From assembly GCA_903857265.1 (NCBI GenBank), contig CAIODZ010000021.1, positions 78,794-142,793 on the forward strand: 64,000 nt of DNA, in the 5' to 3' direction. Positions 29,083-36,487 of this stretch are shown here, one piece after another. How positions within the stretch are numbered: position 1 is the stretch's first letter; each line of letters starts with the position of its first letter. This DNA is from an uncultured Phycisphaerales bacterium (GTDB lineage Bacteria > Planctomycetota > Phycisphaerae > Sedimentisphaerales > Anaerobacaceae). Under the pieces are notes generated by a model that saw nothing but the letters and a program-made list of their open reading frames with translations, did no database searches and had not been told where the DNA came from. Position numbers and translations under genes: made by a program.

Positions 29083-31404
29083 ATGCCGGAACAAAATCCG
29101 GACAATTCCGCCGGCCGCAGGGTCGAGCTTGCGGTGGGCCAGTGTGAATCAATCTCAATTCTGCCCTCGGTAGCCGCACGGTTTCTTTCGCAGCTTGGCA
29201 GGATGGAGTTTACGCCCGGATCGCTGGCGGAGCTTGTGGAATCCGACCCGGCGATTACAGCGCTGATATTGCGACTCTGCCACAACAAGGGAATCGTAAT
29301 CAAACAATGCGATACCTGGCTGTTACAGGTGATGGAAAACATATCACTGCGGGAGATTCGGGACGCGGTTTTGTCAGCCAACGTTTTCGGGGGATTGTCG
29401 GACGACGGGGGGAGCGAATTCAGGAAAGAACTGACCCGTCATTCGCTGGCGTCGGCCTGCTGCGCCAAACAGTTAGCGAAACTCGTATCGCCTGCAATTG
29501 ACGGTGATACCGCTTACTTGGCGGGCCTGCTTCACGACATAGGTAAATTCCTTTTAGATGAAACGATGCCGAAAAGTTTCGACACGCTGTTAGAACAGGC
29601 AAAGGCGGGGAAAACGAGTTTTTGCCAGGTCGAGCAGGCCAATCTCGGAATTGACCATACGATATTAGCCAAGCGATTCGCGCAGAGTATTCGGCTGCCG
29701 AGCGATATTATATTGGGGCTTTGGCTGCATCACAGCCGCGCGGGGGCGATACCGCGGATGCCGCAGGCGAGGATAGCGGGAGTCGTGGAGATTGCGGACA
29801 TTATCGTGCGCCGGGCGGGTATCGGCGAATCGGGCAATTACGAGGAGCAACTCTCGGCTGAAGCAATCGCGGGGACATTAGGGCTGACTGCTGAGCAGGT
29901 GAAAGAGGTTGGGCGACAACTGCCCGATTTGGTTTTGCAAAAAAGCGAGGCGGTTGGGCTGAACATTCTGAAGCCGGGGTGGGCATATTGCGACGCATTG
30001 CGAACCACTGCGGGACAACTGGCGTCGGACAGCTCGAAACTATTCGAGGAAAGCTCACAACTTCAAAGCAGCGCAAGCTATTTCGATTTTATTAAAGAGC
30101 TGATACCTAAAATCAACTCATCGATGCCCGCGATTGAACTGGCGAAAAATTACGCACTGGTCTGGCAGGATTTTTATCATACGGGGCCTGTGTGTATTTA
30201 TCTTACCGACCAGCTCGAAGAAGGCATCGTCGATGGGATAATTGCTGAGGACCAAGCAAGCGCAAAAACAATTATGCTGGAAGTGCCTGACGACGCGGAA
30301 TTAATACCACAGCCGATGCAGGAAAAATTCGTGGTATTGGACGCCGAAGACAACCTCGATTGGCTATTCGAGCAGTGCGATATCAAGTTCGACCTTAGCC
30401 AGACCAAGATTGCCCCCCTTCAGGCAAACAATAGGACTGTTGGAATAATCATATTCGAACTTCGTCATCCGGCAGGAAGCGATATCGCTAAACGATTCGG
30501 GCCTGCTGCGAGATTTGGGGGCACAATCCTCGATATGCTGGGGACAATCGGCAGCCAGCAGTGGTATGCGGAACGGTTTGCGCAGGCGCTGGGGCAGACA
30601 CCAGACCCCAGACATAAGACCCCAGACATAAGACCCCAGACGCAAGCTGAACTTCCAACAGAAGAGAAGAAACGGCAAACGGAAGAGGCGGAGGCGATGG
30701 CGGAAATGGCAGCGGGAGCGGCACACGAATTGAATAATCCGCTGTCGGTAATATCGGGACGGGCACAGTTGTTAGCCAAAAGTGAAAACGACCCGGACAG
30801 GAAACGTATCTTAGAGCAGATTCAGCAAAACGCGGGCGAGCTATCGGCGATTATCGACGACCTGATGAGCTACGCGAACCCGGAACAGCCGAGAGCAACC
30901 GAAACAGCCGTAGGACAAATAATCAATGACGCGATTGATTTGACAAAACAGAAAAAGCAAATGGAACAGCTCGATATCAAAATTGATATTTCGCCTGATG
31001 TGCCTGAGGTATTTGTTGACTCGGCACAGATTTCCTGCGCGATATCAAATATTCTCTGCAACGGTCTTGAGGCATACGCGTCGGGCCCCGCGAATAAAGA
31101 ACATTTCCCGGCCAACGAATTACCGGGACAGGCAAGGCAAGAGGGTTTGCTGAAGATAGAGGTTTCGGCGGATAAGACGAACCACGCCGTGAGTATCCAG
31201 GTTGTTGATTCGGGGCGGGGGATGGATGAGCAGACGCTTGCCAGGGCGACGCATCCGTTCTTTTCGGCGAGGGCGGCGGGCAGGAAACGCGGAATGGGCC
31301 TTGCACACGCGCAACGGCTGATAGAGATTAACCACGGAAAACTTTCATTAGCGAGCCAGCCGGACAAAGGGACGACGGCTACGGTGACATTACCCAGCGT
31401 ATAG
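29083..31404 (+). CDS. soluble sensor histidine kinase: HDOD - GAF-like - HisKA - HATPase_c
   Basis: HDOD hallmarks (ESDPAITALILRL, GLLHDIGKFLLDE, GIDHTILA). GAF-like core (APLQANNRTVGIIIFEL). H-box AAHELNNPLSVISGRAQLL. G-boxes VVDSGRGMD and GMGLAHAQRL. No TM segment. The track start is the GTG at 29068; I prefer the ATG at 29083, about 8 nt after GAGGA. Confidence 0.85.
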   Translation: MPEQNPDNSAGRRVELAVGQCESISILPSVAARFLSQLGRMEFTPGSLAELVESDPAITALILRLCHNKGIVIKQCDTWLLQVMENISLREIRDAVLSANVFGGLSDDGGSEFRKELTRHSLASACCAKQLAKLVSPAIDGDTAYLAGLLHDIGKFLLDETMPKSFDTLLEQAKAGKTSFCQVEQANLGIDHTILAKRFAQSIRLPSDIILGLWLHHSRAGAIPRMPQARIAGVVEIADIIVRRAGIGESGNYEEQLSAEAIAGTLGLTAEQVKEVGRQLPDLVLQKSEAVGLNILKPGWAYCDALRTTAGQLASDSSKLFEESSQLQSSASYFDFIKELIPKINSSMPAIELAKNYALVWQDFYHTGPVCIYLTDQLEEGIVDGIIAEDQASAKTIMLEVPDDAELIPQPMQEKFVVLDAEDNLDWLFEQCDIKFDLSQTKIAPLQANNRTVGIIIFELRHPAGSDIAKRFGPAARFGGTILDMLGTIGSQQWYAERFAQALGQTPDPRHKTPDIRPQTQAELPTEEKKRQTEEAEAMAEMAAGAAHELNNPLSVISGRAQLLAKSENDPDRKRILEQIQQNAGELSAIIDDLMSYANPEQPRATETAVGQIINDAIDLTKQKKQMEQLDIKIDISPDVPEVFVDSAQISCAISNILCNGLEAYASGPANKEHFPANELPGQARQEGLLKIEVSADKTNHAVSIQVVDSGRGMDEQTLARATHPFFSARAAGRKRGMGLAHAQRLIEINHGKLSLASQPDKGTTATVTLPSV
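30593..30641 (+). repeat. 7-bp tandem tract (NNNAGAC x7) inside the kinase CDS
   Basis: GGCAGAC ACCAGAC CCCAGAC ATAAGAC CCCAGAC ATAAGAC CCCAGAC. The 14-bp unit CCCAGACATAAGAC is present 2.5 times. It encodes the linker QTPDPRHKTPDIRPQT. Confidence 0.9.
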
Positions 31405-31468
31405 CGTATAGCGGACAGCGGGCAGCGAGCAGATAAGACCAAAGACACCAGACCACAGACGCAAGAGA
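31399..31468. repeat. 70-bp array with strict 7-bp periodicity, starting in the last sense codon of the kinase gene
   Basis: GTATAGC GTATAGC GGACAGC GGGCAGC GAGCAGA TAAGACC AAAGACA CCAGACC ACAGACG CAAGAGA. The second half shares the ATAAGACC and CAGACGCAAG strings with the intragenic tract. Confidence 0.85.
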
Positions 31469-31620
31469 TTGCCGATTTAAAAATGGGTCCCCTGTTGCGG
31501 AACCAAAGAAACAATGGCTCCCCGCCAAAGACATGCGGGGATCTTCGCTGCGCTACGAGGGGATGACGCAAGGCGTCAATTTAGGTATGCGGATTCCGCC
31601 GGAGGCGGAAGGAAAATATT

Positions 31621-31648
31621 GAATGTCCAATGTCCAATATCCAATGTC
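31621..31648. repeat. 7-bp tandem repeat x4
   Basis: GAATGTC CAATGTC CAATATC CAATGTC. Confidence 0.85.
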
Positions 31649-31938
31649 GAAGTAAACAGCAAGGCGGCCCTTCGACTGATTCGACGGCGCTCACCACAGG
31701 TCGCTACGCTTGCTCAAGGCAAGCAGATAGGTCCTAAAAACAGTGCGTTTGGGGGGAATCAAACAACAAACGATACAATCGTCAGGTTGGGCGGTGCAAT
31801 AAAACTGATAGGACATTAGTTATGGGGCTGGTTTGGTTTAAAACAGGCGGGTAAAGCCGATGGCGGTAAAGGTCGATTTTAATGCGTAGGAAGGGACACC
31901 AATTATCAACAACTTTATGATTTTGAAGCGAGGACGCG

Positions 31939-32589
31939 GTGAACGACGAAATACGAAATAAGAGGCTACGCCTGTTGATTAAGAAATTTAACAAGCAGCG
32001 TAAAAAGCAGGCAAAGCAAATTGATATTCTTTGCAATGATATTATGACGGCGCATAAGGACTTTCTAAAGACACTGCATACAATCGGCTTTGCGGCAGAT
32101 TTTTACAACGCGATAGCAGGCCTGACCGATCTGAACGAATTACTATGCACCGCGAGCAGCTATATCCAAAAGCATACGCCGGACATTCACGTGGCGTTTT
32201 TCCTGCTTGCCCAGAGTGGAGTCGAGGGGATGCAGCCGGATAATTTCGAGCTGCATGTGTTCGAGAGCGATGAGCCAATTGACCCCGATGACAGGCGGGT
32301 GGAAAACTTTTTTAACACTGAATTAGTCACCAATATCAGCAAATCCAACCAGATTTGCACCATCGAAGATATGCTGGGAATGGGACTTCAATGCTCTCCC
32401 GTTTTCCTGGAAAAAATCTCGACGGCTGCGATACCATTAGTGACGGGGGGCAGCTCAATGGGGTTTATGCTCATTTACCGTTCTTCACGTAATCAATTAA
32501 CCGCAGACGAGCTTAAGGCCGTCTCGCAGATTACGCCCGGACTGGCGCGTTCAATAGCATCCTGCCGGGCGTTAGTGAGCAACATTTAA
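31939..32589 (+). CDS. GAF-like domain protein with a basic coiled N-terminus (GTG start)
   Basis: The C-terminal pattern AAIPLVTGGSSMGFMLIYRSSRNQLTADELKAVSQITPGLARSIA resembles the end of a GAF fold. The overall layout resembles the middle part of the adjacent kinase. Confidence 0.6.
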   Translation: MNDEIRNKRLRLLIKKFNKQRKKQAKQIDILCNDIMTAHKDFLKTLHTIGFAADFYNAIAGLTDLNELLCTASSYIQKHTPDIHVAFFLLAQSGVEGMQPDNFELHVFESDEPIDPDDRRVENFFNTELVTNISKSNQICTIEDMLGMGLQCSPVFLEKISTAAIPLVTGGSSMGFMLIYRSSRNQLTADELKAVSQITPGLARSIASCRALVSNI

Positions 32590-32686
32590 TTATTCCCGCA
32601 ACAGCCCCATTCAAAACAGTTGCACAAACCCTGATACCCTGCGCATAATAACGGCGTAAAATAACTGACGCCGGAGAGCTTCAAAT

Positions 32687-33007
32687 ATGGCAGGCAAAAA
32701 CGAAACAAGCGAAGAAGCGTTTGAGACGGTCGAGCCGGTAGGGAAGCGCGTGCTTATCCGCAAAGACGAGGACAAAAAACAGACCAGGGGCGGGATTCAA
32801 CTGCCTGACAATATCGAGATTCCCACCATAACGGGCAGAATCGTGGCGATATCGGCTGAGGTTGAAAATATGCCCGAGATACCGCTTGCAAAATACGACA
32901 AGGTGCTGTTCAATCCCAAGGGGGCGATACCGGTTGACTTCGAAGGGGACAACCGGCTGTTTGTCGTCGAGGTCGAGAACGTCGTGGCGGTATTCAGAAA
33001 GACATAG
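32687..33007 (+). CDS. divergent GroES/Cpn10-family protein, no adjacent groEL
   Basis: VEPVGKRVLIRKDEDKKQTRGGIQLPD...GRIVAIS...DKVLF aligns with the GroES pattern L.PL.DRVLV...E.E.KT.GGI.LP.....G.VVAVG...GD.V.F. Confidence 0.65.
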   Translation: MAGKNETSEEAFETVEPVGKRVLIRKDEDKKQTRGGIQLPDNIEIPTITGRIVAISAEVENMPEIPLAKYDKVLFNPKGAIPVDFEGDNRLFVVEVENVVAVFRKT

Positions 33008-33039
33008 CCAGCTTATCACAGCAATTATTTAAACAGGGA

Positions 33040-33084
33040 CAAAAAAGGAAATGCCAGAAGGTGTTTGAGGCCTTCTGGCATTTC
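33040..33084. terminator. bidirectional terminator hairpin (perfect 14-bp stem)
   Basis: GAAATGCCAGAAGG (33048-33061) pairs with CCTTCTGGCATTTC (33071-33084). On the minus strand it is followed by CCTTTTTT. Confidence 0.6.
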
Positions 33085-33131
33085 GGGTTGCCGGACCGTT
33101 GATCGGCAAACAGGGGGATAAGCTCTGATTA

Positions 33132-33764
33132 TTACATTTTATCTTTTAGATTTACGCCATTTTTGCGGCGATTGACCAGCATAAGGAACCCTGTAACGAA
33201 CAATGTTACCGTCGCGGGCTCAGGGGTCGGAACCGGGACCGGTGTCGGATTCGGGTTCGGGGTCGGATTCGGATTCGGGATCGGGTGGTGCGGGTTCAGC
33301 TGATGAATTCTGGATCCGGCACCTTCATTAGATGTGTCAGGGAACCCTCCGCTTCCCACCATCCCGCCGCCGCCTTCGCCGCCACCAATCACCGTTTCGC
33401 CACCAAGTTCATCTCCGGGCGTCGCAAATTCGTTCCGCTCAAAAACAGCGATGACCATTTTGGGCGAATTAAGAAATACAGTGGTGGAACTGGTTACGGA
33501 GTTACTGACGCTGCCCAGCCAGCAAACGAACTGATAGCCGGGCTTAGGTGTGGCTTTCAGCGTAACATCCGAGTATATGTCATAAGAATGAACCCCTGTC
33601 GGGATGTTAAGATAGCCACCTTCCGCGGGACTCGCCTCCAACATTAAAGCTGTCCCGTTTTCCTGAACTGCTGCCTGGGCGGAAAAACAAAAAAGCAGCG
33701 TTGCGCAGCAAATAATCACCGCACAACTCCACGATTTTGAATTACCTCTTTTCATCTTATCCAT
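33132..33764 (-). CDS. PEP-CTERM-anchored secreted protein with an InlB-B-repeat-like domain and Gly-rich and (PN/PT)n linkers
   Basis: Signal peptide. PKPGYQFVCWLGSV motif. C-terminus PVPTPEPATVTLFVTGFLMLVNRRKNG (PEP motif, TM, basic tail). Confidence 0.85.
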   Translation of the reverse strand: MDKMKRGNSKSWSCAVIICCATLLFCFSAQAAVQENGTALMLEASPAEGGYLNIPTGVHSYDIYSDVTLKATPKPGYQFVCWLGSVSNSVTSSTTVFLNSPKMVIAVFERNEFATPGDELGGETVIGGGEGGGGMVGSGGFPDTSNEGAGSRIHQLNPHHPIPNPNPTPNPNPTPVPVPTPEPATVTLFVTGFLMLVNRRKNGVNLKDKM

Positions 33765-33804
33765 TCCTCACACAATTTCCCGCCCAAACTAGGCGTGTCC
33801 GGCT

Positions 33805-34446
33805 CTACACCGCCTGGCGTTTTCTACCCCGCTTCGCTGCGTATAAAGCCGATGCAATACCAAATAATGCCATTGTGCACGGTTCCGGAGTCGGAACAGG
33901 AGCAGGGCTTTCATCACTTACCGTAAAATCGCCATTGGTTGGTGCATAGTTGCTGCTAAATATCAAATACCATGAATATTCGCCGGCAACGACACCGTCG
34001 GACCATACCCACATTCCCTGAGTTGCACTAACGGCCGGGTCAGGCGAGATGCCGGCGCCTGTATTATCTATCTGTGAGCAGGTCTGGTGTATCGCCGAAG
34101 GCGAAATACTGCTTTCGTCGCTATTCAGCACGTTGAAACTTTCGATGTTTTTGCTGCTGCTGCTGTAATTGAACACCTGGTAAACATAGATATACTTGTC
34201 GGTACTGGGTATATCTACCTGGCCTTCCCAAGTAAAATCGTGGGAGCTCGCAGTATAAACATTAAATACCACTTTCACATTAAGCCCGGCACCATCCGAG
34301 TAAGTATTGTAACCGCCCCACTTTCCTCCATCGAAAGAGCTGGAAGGCAAAGCCGACGCATTCTGCACCAGTACGCCTACCACTATTACTACGGAGAGTA
34401 CAGCAACTATGTTTTTCATCACCTTCATCAATCGCTCCTCAGCCAA
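33805..34446 (-). CDS. PEP-CTERM-anchored secreted protein (paralog of 35252..35866)
   Basis: Signal peptide. YIYVYQVFN and LIFSSNYAP motifs. C-terminus PTPEPCTMALFGIASALYAAKRGRKR. Confidence 0.85.
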   Translation of the reverse strand: MAEERLMKVMKNIVAVLSVVIVVGVLVQNASALPSSSFDGGKWGGYNTYSDGAGLNVKVVFNVYTASSHDFTWEGQVDIPSTDKYIYVYQVFNYSSSSKNIESFNVLNSDESSISPSAIHQTCSQIDNTGAGISPDPAVSATQGMWVWSDGVVAGEYSWYLIFSSNYAPTNGDFTVSDESPAPVPTPEPCTMALFGIASALYAAKRGRKRQAV

Positions 34447-34506
34447 TGTTCTTTATCAACCTCATCCGTTTCTTTTCAACAAATGATGCAACCCGTTTCC
34501 CGTGGT

Positions 34507-35196
34507 TTACCTCAAACCTTTTGTTTTTCGTCTGATTGCCATAAACGCACCGCCGATTAATAGTCCAAACGTTGCCGGCTCGGGAATGCACTGTGTATCA
34601 ATTGCTACCTCATCGATATAAACATCCCCCGTGATGGTAATAAACTCGCTTGTCGGATTCGGCCAGATATCTGTTTTCACAATTGTACTGAACCATCCAT
34701 TCCCGAGGGGCGTATCCGAACGCGTGAAATCCATTTTTGTGTAGTTGCCCACCGAGTACTCCGGGTTAACACCTACCGTCAAGCTGTCCGGAACACGAGC
34801 GACAAGTCCAGCTACTTTCCATGTAATTTCCGTCCAGATATGCTTTTCCGTCCCAGTCGCATTGTTAGGATTATTCGGAATTTCAATTGCTATGTCGCCT
34901 GTTCCAAGCGTCCAGACGCCGGTATACGGATCAAGAATAGGAGAAGAAGAATAATACGTTGCCGAACCATCTACCCACAATTCCGGCTTTCCATACGTGT
35001 TGTTGTAACTATCTGGGAAAGAATCAGTGCTTGAACTCGAAAATGACCATTGCTCAAGAGTAGAGCCGGCCCCGCCTCGCCAAGACGGTCCACCGTAACT
35101 TGCATCAGCAACAACCGCCATGCTCAGGACGACCAGAGCTACAAACGCCATCCCTGTTCGCAACCAATTATTTTGTATTTTTCTACTGTTCATCAC
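34507..35196 (-). CDS. PEP-CTERM-anchored secreted protein
   Basis: Signal peptide. C-terminus IPEPATFGLLIGGAFMAIRRKTKG. Confidence 0.85.
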   Translation of the reverse strand: MMNSRKIQNNWLRTGMAFVALVVLSMAVVADASYGGPSWRGGAGSTLEQWSFSSSSTDSFPDSYNNTYGKPELWVDGSATYYSSSPILDPYTGVWTLGTGDIAIEIPNNPNNATGTEKHIWTEITWKVAGLVARVPDSLTVGVNPEYSVGNYTKMDFTRSDTPLGNGWFSTIVKTDIWPNPTSEFITITGDVYIDEVAIDTQCIPEPATFGLLIGGAFMAIRRKTKGLR

Positions 35197-35251
35197 TTGC
35201 CTCCTTAACTAAACTCTTCCTAACCTCTCCTAAGCCATTAACTTCATCCGA

Positions 35252-35866
35252 TTAAGATTTCTTTCGTTTTCTTCGGAGAGCCATAAAAGCCCCGCCGATT
35301 AACAGTCCAAACGTTGCCGGCTCGGGAACAGGCGACGGCAAAGCCATAATCGCACCGCCCGCAAAACCGGCGGAGACAACTCCATCGGCCATTACAGGGG
35401 CGATATTGCTGGCGAATAACAGTGTGCGAGAATATTCATTTGCGCTGATAGTGTCGGATTGAAACAGGTATAACACCTGTTGCGACATCACAAGCGATAG
35501 GTCCGGCACAATGCCACCCGTGACTGCGTAGGGCGCAGCCGAATCAGACGTGGCATTAGACACCGATACACCGGGCTCCAAACCTACCGAGAAATAATCA
35601 ATTGATACCGTCGAGCTTTGGCTAAAGACCTGATACGCATAAACGTAGAGGTTGTTATTGAAATGTACGGTGCCGTCATACATGCCGGGAGCATAAACCG
35701 CATAATCAACATGACCGCTCAGCGCCCCGCCCGCGGAAAAAGGCGAACTGCCCTTATAAGCAGATATCGCCGCCGGGTCGTTATTAAGTGACGCAAATCC
35801 GCTTTGCCCCATTACCAGGATAACAGCCAACATAATACCTATTTGCACATAACGTTTTATTTTCAT
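35252..35866 (-). CDS. PEP-CTERM-anchored secreted protein (paralog of 33805..34446)
   Basis: Signal peptide. YVYAYQVFS and LLFASNIAP motifs. C-terminus VPEPATFGLLIGGAFMALRRKRKK. Confidence 0.85.
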   Translation of the reverse strand: MKIKRYVQIGIMLAVILVMGQSGFASLNNDPAAISAYKGSSPFSAGGALSGHVDYAVYAPGMYDGTVHFNNNLYVYAYQVFSQSSTVSIDYFSVGLEPGVSVSNATSDSAAPYAVTGGIVPDLSLVMSQQVLYLFQSDTISANEYSRTLLFASNIAPVMADGVVSAGFAGGAIMALPSPVPEPATFGLLIGGAFMALRRKRKKS

Positions 35867-36266
35867 ACGCCACTGCCCTCCTTGATTGCTTATTCATTTT
35901 TTTGTATCTTTATTACATCAAAGCACAACGACAGACCGTGTGCATAACGCCTCGACCTGCGCACCGTCCGCCAACTGCGCGCGGAATCGGCGCACAACTC
36001 TTCTCGATTCTCTTCTCTTGGAAATTCCCCTGCCCTACCCCAATAGCAAGACCCCTTGCCCGGCTATTGGCTCGCATGGCTGTAAGTTGCTACAAATAAA
36101 GCACTTACAATGCCTTCACTATGTGATTTTCCTCTTCCCCCGCTTCTCAAACGGTACTAATGGTACTACTGTGACACATAATGAGAAATCACTCACTGTC
36201 AAAGAGCATATATAACTACCCTTACTACTAGTGAGTTTTCTCGTCAGCCCCCAAGCTGATAATTGC

Positions 36267-36295
36267 ATTAAACCATATTGCCCAAATGAAGTCAA
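36267..36295 (-). promoter_or_regulatory. sigma70-type promoter with an A/T-rich UP-like element, about 390 nt upstream of the PEP-CTERM cassette
   Basis: Minus strand: TTGACT (36295-36290), a 17-nt spacer, then TTTAAT (36272-36267). It is preceded on that strand by GAAAAAAATTTTAAAAAATTCCCAAAAAAC. Confidence 0.45.
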
Positions 36296-36487
36296 GTGTT
36301 TTTTGGGAATTTTTTAAAATTTTTTTCAGCCCCAAAATGTCGTCAAGGTCCTAATAAATTACGAAGGTCCCAAAATAACAACAGATTATAGAGCTGATTT
36401 GCTTATTATACCAAAAGATAGTTGCGGCAACCAGCCCCAAACACGCCAACGCACGGCTTTAAAGCCAATCGCTCTTTCGAGGGCGGA

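Noticed and set aside
26978-31648. Short tandem arrays as a possible CRISPR or mini-CRISPR locus.
   Set aside because: The units are 7-9 bp, directly abutting with no spacers, and there are no cas genes. They are simple tandem repeats.
31514-31819. 101-aa ORF in the kinase/GAF spacer.
   Set aside because: It reads through the heptamer array and several perfect hairpins, is Arg/Gly/Ala-rich, and has no RBS. The region looks like structured non-coding DNA.
35886-36215. Plus-strand ORFs (109 and 65 aa) in the 620-bp gap upstream of the PEP-CTERM cassette.
   Set aside because: They have no RBS, odd composition (Cys/His/Thr/Pro-rich), and lie opposite to all neighbouring genes. The region is better explained as a leader or promoter region of the minus-strand cassette.
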